From assembly GCF_009914755.1 (NCBI RefSeq), contig NC_060940.1: 64,000 nt of DNA; one strand, written 5' to 3'. This DNA is from the human T2T-CHM13v2.0 reference genome, Homo sapiens. This document shows, one piece after another, positions 47,196 through 62,829 of this stretch. Numbering within the stretch: position 1 is the stretch's first letter; each line of letters opens with the position of its first letter. The notes below the pieces were generated by a model that saw only the letters and a program-made list of their open reading frames with translations, made no database searches and was not told the origin of the DNA. The translations under genes were made by a program, and so were the position numbers.

Positions 47196-47413
47196 CTAGC
47201 AACTCCTCTTCCCCCGAAAAAATTACAAACAAGAATGTAGGAAGGGAAAGGAATTATACAGCTTAAACTAATGAAGCAGAAAGGACAAACTCAATTTTGA
47301 GCCCACTGAATTTGCCACAAATATTGTAGAAAATATTCTCAAGGACTTTACAGTTGTCTACTTTGATTGGCACATGGTTCATACAACAGTATTTGTGTCA
47401 AGGCACATCTTAC

Positions 47414-47609
47414 TGTTTTCTGGCGGTCTTCCTCTTTCCATTGATTTTGTCATGACGGTTGATTTTCGTTGTCACCTTCCTCTTACGGATTTTAGCTCTA
47501 ACTTTTGTTTCCACATGCCTCCGTAGAGTAATGACGTCTTTCAGGCCAATTTTATTTCCTCGAAAGGAAGAAACTCTTTTCTTTGTGTGCATACAAATGG
47601 ACCTCAGCC
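47414..47609 (-). CDS. NPIPB6: NPIP exon (G)[10 protein letters not shown]...KRKTARK(Q), highly basic (196 nt)
   Basis: ctcaccaAG|GG acceptor; CA|GTaaga donor; phase 1/2. Confidence 0.9.
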
Positions 47610-47721
47610 CTTGGTGAGAGTGAGGAGAGGAGAAGGTGAGAAACCTGAGGTCAAGAAGCTGTTCTTTCCCTTTCCAGGGCAAACTCATTTCCACACTATG
47701 GGGACTCCAACAGAGCCATAC

Positions 47722-47821
47722 CTTTCTGTCTACTGCGGTTGGACCTCCAGGCTCTCTGCTGTACATCCATGGATCCATCATGTCCATTTCGAGACCAGAA
47801 GATAGTCTTCAGGAAAGACAC
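47722..47821 (-). CDS. NPIPB6: NPIP exon [33 protein letters not shown](G) (100 nt)
   Basis: tttcctAG|GTG; AAAG|GTatgg; phase 0/1. Confidence 0.92.
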
Positions 47822-48126
47822 CTAGGAAATAATAATATAAGAATGACGGCTGGGCACGGTGGCTCATGCGTATAAATAATCCCAGTACTTTGGGAGGCCG
47901 AGGCAGGTGGATCACGGGGTCAGGAGTTCAAGACCAGCCTGGCCAAGATGGTGAAACCCTGTCTCTACTAAAAATACAAAAATTAGCCAGGCATGGCAGC
48001 GGGCGCCTGTAATCCAAGCTACTCGGGAGGCTGAGGCAGAGAACCGTTTGAAGCTGGGAGGCGGAGGTTGCAGTGAGCCGAGATCACACCACTGTACTCC
48101 AGCCTGAGCGACAGAATGAGACTCTG

Positions 48127-48164
<38 letters not shown>

Positions 48165-48295
48165 GAATGACATGAGGCTGGCACGGTGGCTCACTCCTGT
48201 AATCCCAGCACTTTGGGAGGCCGAGGCAGGCGGATCACCTGAGGTCGGGAGTTTGAGACCAGCCTCACCAACATGGAGAAACGCTGTCTCTGCTA

Positions 48296-48499
<204 letters not shown>

Positions 48500-48502
48500 T
48501 CA

Positions 48503-48846
<344 letters not shown>

Positions 48847-49241
48847 TTATAAGTATTTTACCACAGGTTAACATGTTTCACAACTTGAAAAGGAAGTAAT
48901 TACCTTCAGCTCTCTGAGTTCTAGAATTTGTAACATTTCACCCCCTGCTCCTTCCTGATCTGCACTGGAGCATCTTCCTTTTGTCCCTGCTCTACTCAGA
49001 GTTCACTTTCCCTTCCCTCACATCAGCTTCATTGAGGCTGGTTTGAACTTAACGCAAAACATTCTCACTAATGACTGAATTCCCTCCAAGATTTCCATAT
49101 TATCACAGTATGCTTTTAATCTTCTAAGATATTAAATATTTGTTCTCATCATAGCGAAAATGCAATGCAAATCCCATCTCAGATGTGGGTCAGATACCTA
49201 TGAATGTCCTGAGGTAGTCATTGAAATGACTTTTTTCTTGA

Positions 49242-49562
<321 letters not shown>

Positions 49563-49950
49563 TGATTTCTGCACATAGGATAAAAAAAAAAAATCATGTA
49601 CTAGGATTTCGAGAGAAGCAATGGGTAATCTAAAAAGATGAAAAGAGCAACCACGTCAATCCCACAGCTACTACTAGATTTCATAGGAAAGGTAGCTGGC
49701 CCAGTTTGGAGCTAGGAGAAATGTCAAACACATGAAGAAATGACAAGCAAAGAAATGCCATCACGCATGAATGCTTCATGGCACCCATGATGTCCCTGCT
49801 TAGGAGGTAATGGTATAGATGACTAGATGACAAGGACAAAGATGAGAGGTGCGAAGTTGTCCAAGTCCAGCAGCTCAACTGAACTTTCCTAAATGGAACT
49901 GTTAAAAAGTGGTAAATTTAAAAACTTCCCCTGGCTCACGTGGTGGCTCA

Positions 49951-50274
<324 letters not shown>

Positions 50275-51278
50275 TCAGGACTAAGTGGCATAGAGAATGT
50301 TAAATGTGCCTAGATATCTTCATAACTCATATATTTTCTGTTTTCTACATATCTTGAAAGGCAGTGCCAAATGACGTGTAATTATCTAGGTGGTAAAACT
50401 GAAACATACTTCCTCTTCCCTTGAATAAATTCTTACCAAGTACAGACTTTTGACATACTGATCTCTCTCCAGTTGCAAGTGGGAACATGCACTTTGAATG
50501 ATGTCATTCAAAATTACCCTGCCCAGACACACTTTTCATTGATTCTCTTGGAGGGCAGTTCTAAGAGATTCTCTGGGGCTTTCTCTGCATCATGAGACGC
50601 AGTGCAGTTCTGCCCTTCACCTTCCGGCAGTTTGTCACCTCGTCCCTATGACCTCAGAGGAACTTTGTCTCAGGCCAATTGTTTGTTCCTTGGCCTCTTT
50701 CATTTCCCCTAAAAATCATTTGCTGCCCCTCTAAATGGCCTACATCTCCATCTATCTCCCTCTCCCCTCAGAAGAGGGTGCTCTTTAAGCATCAACCATC
50801 CGGCCCTTCTAGCAGTCTCATTTTTCAGCTGGTTCCCATGTTTATGCCTGTTCTATGTTTTTCTTTTCCTGTTAAGCTGTCTGTTGTCAGCTCATTTCTG
50901 CAGTGAATCTTCAGAGAGGAGATTGGAAGCTTTCCTTCCACCCATACGATAGAACTATAAAGCAGAAGAGTTTAGAAAGAATTTCCTATTTAAGTGACGA
51001 AACCTCATACTCCATTTGTGATAAATAGCACAAAGGCTAAAAAAACTTATTTTTGACCAAAAGCTCTGTTGACATTCTATTAAACAAACACCGACCTATT
51101 TAATTTTCATAATGTAAATGGCAGACATTTTCATAATTCTTATGCTAATAAATCATTTCCCTGATTTTTTGGGTAAAACCACATATTCATAATGAAGTCC
51201 AGAAACGTGAATTGTTTTATATAATTTATTCTTATTTGTGATTACAAGTATACCTCTACAGAAAGTTAGTATACTCAC

Positions 51279-51461
51279 ACAAAGGCAACTTGTGCAGAAG
51301 AGAATGTTAAATGTGTAACGTCTCAGAAACCCAATAATGATAATTATCAAATTATCCAATTTTTGTGGAGATGGGGTTTTGCCATGTTGGCCAGGGTGGT
51401 CTCGAACTCCTGCACCAAAGTCAGTCTCACGATGACGATAGACAGCCAGACTATTGATAAC
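51279..51461 (-). CDS. NPIPB6: NPIP exon VINSLAVYRH...ILFCTSCLC (183 nt), with an Alu-derived insert and a hydrophobic stretch
   Basis: ttattccAG|GTT; TGT|GTgagt; phase 0/0. Confidence 0.92.
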
Positions 51462-51699
51462 CTGGAATAATAATAGTTGAAATAATGAAAAGGTCAATGA
51501 CACCGACAATATTTCACTCAGAAAGAATCATCCTTAGAAACCGTCAACCTCCTCCAAAAGGTAACCACATCCCTCAGATATCACCGTGGGATTCCACTGC
51601 TACAAAAAAGAACAGAAGTTAGAAGTCTCATGTTTTTCAGATGGCTGGTAGTGTTTTTAGGCATTGCAAATGTGGGGTGTTGTCTTTCTTGGTATAAAG

Positions 51700-52540
<841 letters not shown>

Positions 52541-52551
52541 GTATAAAGTAA

Positions 52552-52680
<129 letters not shown>

Positions 52681-53173
52681 TAACTGGGATTACAGGCACC
52701 TGCCACCGCACTCGGCTAATTTTTGTATTTTGAGTAGAAACAGGGTTTCACCATCTTGGCCAGGCTGGTCTCCAACTCGTGACCTCTTGATCCACCTGCC
52801 TCGGCCTCCCAAAGTGCTGGGAATACAGGTGTGAGCCACTGCACCTGGCCAGTAGTTATCTTTTCTTTAAAGTTATTTACTTGTTTTTTAAATTGATGTA
52901 TAACATTGGATGCATTTATTATATATCACATGGTAAAAGAATCCCTCTAAATAATACTTCTCTCTTGGATTATATGAATCTTTGTCATTTGAAGCTCAGC
53001 ATAAGTAAAAAAAAAATACAATGAAGAGATTACTTCATTCACAAATAAGTATCAAATTTTAGTGCTCAAAAATTAACAAGGTGGGCCGGGTGTGGTGGCT
53101 CACGCCTGCAATCTCAGCACTTTGGGAAGCCGAGGTGGGTGGACCACGAGATCAGGAGATTGAGACCATCCTA

Positions 53174-53542
<369 letters not shown>

Positions 53543-53989
53543 TTAACTATATATTCTTGAAAACATCTCAATTTTAAATGTTTCTTTCAAGATGGTGAAT
53601 TAAACAGAGATAGCCCTTCAACAGGTGGAACTCAGCATATGCTCAGTCTGAAATGGAAATGATGGAGTTAGAGAACCATACAACAATGGTAATGATTTCA
53701 GAAACATGGTGTTGAGCAGAACAAAGCAGACACAAAAGAGTACCTATGGCATGGCATGCATCTGTATACGCGAAATTCCAGAATAAGCAAGCTAACCTAT
53801 GATAAGAAAGAGACTGGCTGGGAAGACTGAGAGTTCACTTTCTGGGGTGACATAATAGTGTAGATCTTGGCTGGGCACGGTGGTTCACGCCTGTAATCCC
53901 AACGCTTTGGGAGGCCGAGGCGGGCGGATCACCTGAGGTCGGGAGTTCAAAACCAGCCTGACCAACATGGAGAAACCCTATCTCTACTA

Positions 53990-54199
<210 letters not shown>

Positions 54200-54413
54200 T
54201 TATGCTGGTGTATGTACTTTCCAAAGTTAGTAAACTTACACTTAAGGTTATAAATTTTGGCCAGGCGCGGTGGCTCACACCTGTAATCCCGGCACTGGGA
54301 GGCCGAGGCAGGCGGATCACGAGGTCAAGAGATGGAGACTATCCTGGCGAACATGGTGAAACCCCGTCTCTACTAAAAATACAAAAATTAGCCAGGCGTT
54401 GTAATCTGAGCTA

Positions 54414-54542
<129 letters not shown>

Positions 54543-54607
54543 TCATCAAACCAGATGACACAAATCAAATGACATTTCACTTTGTTTTGGTCCATTTTGT
54601 TTGTTAG

Positions 54608-54769
<162 letters not shown>

Positions 54770-54925
54770 TGATGCCCTGGCTAGTCTTCAACTCCTGGAC
54801 TCAAGTGATCTGCCCACCTCGGCCCCCTAAAGTGCTGGGATTACAGGCCTGAGCTGTGTAATTTCATGCCGCGTGACACAGCCCAGTAAAAAGGAAGAAA
54901 CCCCGCGGGTCCAGCGTCTACTCAC

Positions 54926-54991
54926 AGGGGTGGGCTGATGGCTGATAAATCCCAGCAGGAGCCAAATGAGGAGCCAAAAGCGCAGCCGCAT
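54926..54991 (-). CDS. NPIPB6: NPIP alternative first coding exon MRLRFWLLIWLLLGFISHQPTP (signal-peptide-like); gives a 428-aa spliced product
   Basis: ATG at 54991; CCT|GTgagt donor, phase 0; basic n-region followed by a hydrophobic h-region. Confidence 0.85.
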
Positions 54992-55044
54992 GTCCTGATC
55001 CTTTCAGGGTGCCCTGAGGCGGCCAGGACAGAGGTGGAGGTGGC

Positions 55045-55245
55045 TTAGGGCAGGGGGGAGGGAAGGGGACGGGGACCGGGGCCGGATCTGAGTTGGGGAG
55101 GGGCAGGGGAGGGGGAGGGGAAGGGGAGGGGGAGGGGAAGGGGAAGGGGAGGGGAAGGGGGGAAGTAAGGGAAGGGAAAGGAGAAGGGGGCTGTTGGGCA
55201 CCTGGAGGAGGTGGAGGAGGAGGACGAGAAGAAGAAAGGGGTCTG
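55045..55245 (+). repeat. Polypurine (GGGGA/GGGAA)n tract, G-quadruplex/triplex-prone, just upstream of the MRLR start
   Basis: More than 15 G3-G6 runs in about 150 bp, purine-only for long stretches. Confidence 0.85.
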
Positions 55246-55739
55246 GGAAAGGATCCGGTTCAAATTAAGTTCTCAAGCGCTGGTGGAAGGTTTAGCTACA
55301 GGTCACGGAGAAGATCAGGGAAGCAACAGGACACGCGGGGCAAGGGAGCGTGAGGCTTAGGAGCAATTAGAGGGAGACAAAAAGGTTCTGCTATCCGCCA
55401 AACCTTCTTCGGTCTGGGCCCTCCCTTAGCAAACCTGGGGCTTTATACTCCCTCTCCACCAATCCCTGATGACCCCGGTGGTGCCTCACAATGGACAATG
55501 CCAAGTAGCGCCCGCATCATTCCAATGACCCCTCCCCCATCTCAGTCTCCCACACTCCTCGCAAGGACAGGTCCTCTCTGGAACCTTCACAAACCTGATT
55601 TCTGGTCCTCCCCAACCAGCTCCCTGTCCCTGCTTCCGGGCGCTCCTTCCTTCCTGAGCTCCCAGGGTTCCTCAAGGTCACTTTTGGCGACAAAACATAA
55701 AAAACAAATGATGGCAGGATGGCAGGAAGAACCTCATAC

Positions 55740-55802
55740 CCAAGCAGAGTGCCAGGTTTTACAGCCTCCGCTCAGCCATTCATATCCTAAGCAACAAAAC
55801 AT
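55740..55802 (-). CDS. NPIPB6: NPIP alternative first coding exon [21 protein letters not shown] (NPIPA-type start)
   Basis: ATG at 55802; TGG|GTatga donor, phase 0; same as the NPIPA1 N-terminus as I recall it. Use in this paralog not shown. Confidence 0.7.
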
Positions 55803-56930
55803 CAGCAGGATGCGGAAGGTCCCGATAGTAAACCATCTCCATCACATCCATGTAGCCATCCGTCCATCAACCCGTATCTCAGGAACAAATGTAGATACAT
55901 TCATTTTAAGCATGCATGGTACATTTACAAAAATTAACCTGACTTATTTTGTTCCAGCAAATCTCAATATATTTGAGAGCAATCAAATCACACAGCACGT
56001 TTCTGATCATATAACTGTGCTAGAAGTCAATGATTAAAAGCTAATTCAAAATTATTATTTGCTTGGAAATTCAAAGTGCCCTTATAAGACATAAACATAA
56101 GAAAGAATCCAAAATGAAACAAGATTGCCTTTCAACTCAATGATAAGATCATAACATGGCAATAAAATGTCTCCCTCTGGCCTGGGAATTCCTCTTTGTG
56201 GCACAAGGTTGTGTGATCTCAAATCACCCCTAACCCACCTAGACATTTTAACATCCGAAACCGAGTGATGATGTCCTTATCTATAATCATCTTACTGCCT
56301 GTGTGTGTGGACTTTAAATTCTGAACCCAAATGAGGGGGAGAAAACCAAGTTGACCTTCATGATTGACCTCTCAGGGATGTCCAAGGAATCTGTGCATTT
56401 CAAGAAACAAAGTTCATCAGCTTCTCTCCTAAGGTATTTGCCCACAATACCCAGAGGGCTTGGCAGCATCATGTGTGATGGGTGGGGAGCTCCAAGCAGG
56501 TGGGCAGGACGCAGGGGTCTGGTGACCAGGACAGACCCCCACTGTCCATCACCTTTCCTGGCCCTGTCCTCAGCTAAACTTCCCACAGGCCTTCTGCCTG
56601 ATCACACAGAGTGTGCCCAAACTCACTCAGGCCTCTGGGAGCTGAAAACCACTGCTTTAAATCCCTTTACCATTTACTATGACATAAGGTTATTGTAAAC
56701 AGGAAATATTCTATTGATGCTACAAATGGAAAGCCAATGCCTTTACCATAAATAGAAAAACAACCCTAAGAAACAAGCAAAACAAAAACAAAACAGGGGC
56801 TGGGTGTGGTGGCTCACGCCTGTAATCCCAGCACTTTGGGAGGCCGAGGTCGGCGGATCACAAGGTCAGGAGTTCCAGACCAGCCTGGCCAATATGGTGA
56901 AACCCTGTCTCTAATAAAATATAAAAATTA

Positions 56931-57074
<144 letters not shown>

Positions 57075-57194
57075 TCAAAAACAGCAACAACTACAAACAA
57101 ACAAAAAACAGGGTTAACAAAACTATGGAATTCAATTCTATTTATATGCTGCAGCCATGTTCCAGCCCTAGATTTGGCTGGGCATGGTGGCTCA

Positions 57195-57546
<352 letters not shown>

Positions 57547-58789
57547 TTAGACCAAAAGTGAATGGCAGAGAGTATTATAATGTCCATGAAGGGTTGCTAG
57601 AGTCACCGTGATCATAGCCCAAGCAGAGACAGGGAAAGGAAGATGTGAGCAGAGTTTGGGGTCTCGAACAATGGAGGTTATTCGTGCAGCCCAGGAAAGG
57701 CTCCCCAAAGCCAGGATCAACCTCCCTTGCAGGCGGTCCCTCATGGAGGCATGGCCAGGCACCTTAGATTTGAGACCAGCTATGTTGCTGCTGACCAGCT
57801 GTGTGACCCTGGGCTGGTTTCCTTCCATACAATGGGAGTGCCAATGGCTGCATGCATGCAAAGACCGTCTGAGGATAGGAGGAAGCAATCTGTTGAGCAC
57901 CCGTGTACCTGAGTGTCATCACCTCCCAAGGGCATCTTTCGTTCCAGAGCTGGCACCTTGGAAGGCCCTTGGTCACTGAAGGCAGTGATGATGGTAACAG
58001 CAGTAAATCATCATTTACGGCTGATGAGGGAAGGCCAGGGGTAGGGCTCCTAGGTCCTGGATAAGAATGAGGGTCTGGGCACTCCTGGGGACAGCTGAGT
58101 GGTAGGACTCCTGGGTCCCCAGGGTGCAGGTCCATCTTCAGTGGCATTGGGCCTAGGCTGGGATGCTGAGTTATCCACTGGAGCATCAGCAGTACAGGCA
58201 GGCACAGAGGCAGTGGATCCATCGGAGGTGGCAGGTGTAGGATCATCTGGTGAGCAAGTAGAGTCACCAAGCCTGGCTGACCACTACCCCCACTATCCCC
58301 ACAGACGATGCCCTGTCCCTTGCCTCATGCTCCGGCAGGGTACAGGCTCGCACCTGGGGCCTCATGGAGCATCTCTCTAAGACCTCTGTGTCCTGGTCAT
58401 TGAATGGGCACTTGAGTCACCCAGGGCCATTGGAACAAAGAGGAAGAATCAGGCCCCACGCTGTTTTGGGAGAGTGTTTAGCACAGGAAAATGCACAGAA
58501 TACATGCACGACACGGGGGCACTGTCAGTGTGGGAGCAATAGTTTACAACCTCCAGCCCTAATCTGAGCACTCTCACCTGTGCAATCTGAAAGGAACAGG
58601 AGACTTGCAGGAAAGACAGTGCCTGGATTTAACTTAAAGGAACTAAAAATGTTGGAATTTTTACTCTTGATATCCTTCCAAATCAACTCTCTCAATGTTC
58701 CCATCCTCAAAACTATCATATGGGGTAACTGAGGCAGTCAGAGATTTACTGACTCAATGTCACTCAATTGATTCTGAGTTCACTGCTGA

Positions 58790-58876
58790 TTACATCCGAC
58801 CAAACTGCTTTTTCTGAAGTCTACTCTGTTTCATCATGCTGGTGATGATTTTGTGCAGCTCTGGGACAAACTCCAC
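58790..58876 (-). pseudogene. ACSM1-like terminal exon remnant VEFVPELHKIITSMMKQSRLQKKQFGRM*
   Basis: cagccAG|GTG acceptor; colinear with, and the same length as, the recalled ACSM1 C-terminus [28 protein letters not shown]. Confidence 0.82.
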
Positions 58877-60100
58877 CTGGCTGAGGATAAAGCAAATCTG
58901 CGGTGACTTAGTCCTCCTGTCATTTCCCATCAGTTCCCCACTCTCCTCCTCTGCCCCTCCACAGTCTCCCATGCAGGCTGACACCATATGACAGCCTTAA
59001 TGGAGTCCACCGAGTATTTCAGGTTCTCTCTTGGGCCACTTGAAAGTGGATGTACCCATGGGATTTGCTTTGACCCAAGAGATGTGAGTGGAAGTGAAGC
59101 GTGTCACCTCGAGGCAAAAGAGTTGGGAGCCATTGAGACTGGCCACCCTCTCCTTCATCTCTTAGAGCAGCTGACAGCTCCCATATGGAGGCTGCTCCTT
59201 TATTCTCGTGGCAGGATGAGGGCATGTGGGGCACAGGGCACAGGAGAGCCATGGAGGATGTGCAGCATGGGCAGGAAAAGAGCCTTCAGTGGTGTACATT
59301 TCCATCGTTTGGGGCTGTTTCTTACCTACAGTGATACCTAGCCCATCCTAGCAGGCATGCACCATCTACCCCACACTCTGTGATGCAGACTAGCGTGCCG
59401 TCAGAACAGGAACTGGTGGTCAGACACACGTAGGTTTCAGTTCCAGCTCTGCCTCTTATTGACTGTAACCTCAGGCTTAACTTTCAGTCTCTGAGCCTCA
59501 GTTTCAACTCTGTAAAATGAGGTGGCTATACCATCTCAGGTTGCAGAGAGAATTAAATGAAATATAAGTGCATGTAGAGCATTGAACCCAGGGCCTGGCA
59601 CACACAGTCAGTACTCAATGTTAGCCATGTAGCTTCATGATGCATACTGATTGTCAATATTCAGACAATCCAGTAAAGTATTACCAAAAATAAAAGTAAA
59701 CTTATTTGCATATGTATTCTTTCAATCTTTATTTTTAAACAGGGTAAAACTATGCATATTCTTTCATAGCCAGTGTTTTTCTCTTCATAGTATATTGTTA
59801 AAATAATTTTATCTTGGACCGGGTGCAGTGGCTCACACCTATAGTCCCAGCACTTTGGGAGGCCACGGTGGGCAGATTACGAGGTCAGGAGTTGACACGA
59901 GCCTGGCCAATATGGTGAAACCCCATCTCTACTAAGAATACAAAAATTAGCTGGGCATGATGGTGCACACCTGTAGTCCCAGCTACTCAGAGGCTGAGGC
60001 AGAGGAATTGCTTGAACCCGGGAGACGGAGGTTGCAGTGAGCCAAGATTGTGCCACTGCACTCCAGCCTGGGCGACAGAGTGAAACTCTGTCTCTCTCTC

Positions 60101-60159
<59 letters not shown>

Positions 60160-60472
60160 CTATATAAATCTCAAAAATAAAAGATCATTTTTGAGATTAT
60201 CATTTTAAAAGACAAGATAATGTTCAACTTAATGACTAATTTAATTATTACTATTGGACTTTTTGTAGACTGCACAGAGCATTCAAAACAAATGAAGGAG
60301 AATAAAAAATATGTATTACATGTTGTAAAATAAATGTGATGTGGTTAATTCTTTTATTCAAAATTATAGAACATATATATGTACTATAGAATGTATTTCT
60401 TATTATGAGTCATGTTAAAAAGTAGTTTAGAAGCTGTTGATTTGAATTTCCTTTTCAAATTTTGCAGGATAA

Positions 60473-60685
<213 letters not shown>

Positions 60686-61071
60686 TGAAGTCCTGGCCTC
60701 AGGTGATCCACCAGCCTCAGCCTCCCAAAATGCTGGGATTACAGGCATGAGTCACCATGCCCAGCCTAAACCTGGCAAGATAATAAATAACCTTTTTAAG
60801 TGTTGTTGGGCACTTGTCTGGTTGTTTTTCTTTAGGTTACCATGCCAGCAATGATTCCTTTTGAGTTTCTGACAGAAGATAGTGGTTTTCATCCAAATAA
60901 GTCAACTACTCTACCCCATCCCTAAGCCACTTGTATGGAAAGAAAAAGAGGAAGAAGCCAGTACTGTGACTGCGTAAGCTTCCCCCAGCATCACCCGATA
61001 TGAGATGTGTGGCAGCTGAGACCCGGGAACTGCTCAAGGGCACCAGGCCCCATCTGTCTGCACTCACTCAC

Positions 61072-61191
61072 CTTCCTCAGGTACTCGCATGGGCATGTCA
61101 CTGACTTTACATGCTGCTGCAGCTCCTTGGTGAGCTGGCTCTGGTCATGCGACAGGAACTGTGGGGTCAGGACAATAGAGAGCTTCACCAT
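61072..61191 (-). CDS. NPIPB6: ACSM1-derived exon used as NPIPB-type first coding exon [40 protein letters not shown]; gives a 446-aa spliced product
   Basis: ATG at 61191; AAG|GTgagt donor, phase 0; similar to recalled ACSM1 [40 protein letters not shown]. Confidence 0.82.
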
Positions 61192-61700
61192 TTGCAGAAT
61201 GAGAACAGCGGCTCATCATGAGTGCCAACCTATTAGATAATTTAAAAAAAAAAAGTGTTGAATGAGTGGAAAAACAAGGTGATGTTTGAGTCTATAGTGG
61301 TCAAGGGCTTCAGAAAAGGACAGAACCAAGTTCAAATTCCTGTACTTTGAATTTCTACTTCATGCCATGCAAAATTACTTTACCCCTTTTAACCTCAGTT
61401 TTCTTCTGTGTGAAACAGGAACAATAGTTTCATTCGTCATTCAGTTTCTCTCAAGGTTTCACGAGATCATACCTATAAAACATCCAAGTCATTTAAATGT
61501 ATCATCATTTCTGTCATAATTAGTGGGATCCATTTCACTATTATTGGATATACAGTTCTGTGCCTGAAACCTACAAAAAAAGAAAATGTTAAGTCTAAAA
61601 AGCATTAGTGATTTCTCATTTTTATATTACTAATTATAACCCTATTTAATCACACAAGGCCTTGTCCGTGGCAGGTGCTCAATAAACACTTGTCGAATCA

Positions 61701-62036
<336 letters not shown>

Positions 62037-62829
62037 CTAAAAACCAATTTCTAGTGGTTTCTAATAAGGAAAAAATGGTTCAAAAAACTGCTAAGCGAGA
62101 TCAAGCAAAACAAAAAAATCTATTACGATAATGTTTTTATAACTGGTATTTAAAACATTGTTGATTCATTCTTTATTTTTATTTTGAGACAGAGTCTCAC
62201 TCTGTCACCCAGGCTGGAGTGCAGTGGCAGGATCTCCGCTCAGTTCAAGCAATTCTCCTGCCTCACCCTCCCGAGTAGCTGGGATTACAGGCGCCCGCCA
62301 CCACGCCCAGCTAGTTTTTGTATTTGTAGCAGAGACCGGGGTTTCACCATGTTGGCCAGGCTGGTCTCCAACTCTCGATTTCAGGTGATCACCCCCTGCC
62401 TGGGCCTCCCAAAGTGCTGGGATTACAGGCTTGAGCCGCCGCGCCCGGCCCTTGTTTTGTTTTCTAGATTGAAGAAAGGTTTTTCTCAGAAGTTATCTAG
62501 AATTTACACCGATTTGGTAAAGCACACTTTTGTGAACAAAGGTGGGTGGAAGCGTTTGTTTTTCCTCCCTATCTGATCCTTCTAAAGTTTGGAAACTATT
62601 CATAAATATTCTTATTTTCATGTACATATGTTCTCTTTATAAGCAGGCTACAATCAGAAAGATTGGTTATATTATCAAGGCTTTGACTGAAACATCCTAT
62701 TTAAGAATATGCAGAAAATTCCTGGCTTCGAGTTTGCAGCCTTACGTTACAGTCAGGGGGAAACTGTCACTCCCTGCAGGCCTGAGAACCTTAGAGCTTT
62801 TCGGGGAGCAACTTGGCAAGGGGGGGTCC

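Noticed and set aside
50400-50950. Possible MER4-group LTR in an NPIP intron, and similar sequence at about 62460-62700
   Set aside because: Only a vague resemblance; I cannot assign family or boundaries without a repeat search.
57764-58270. 168-aa Pro/Leu-rich minus-strand ORF downstream of the ACSM-like exon
   Set aside because: Non-ATG start, no recognisable family, 3' end runs into MIR-like sequence; only a weak ggacc(c/t)aggag internal repeat. A tblastx search would settle it.
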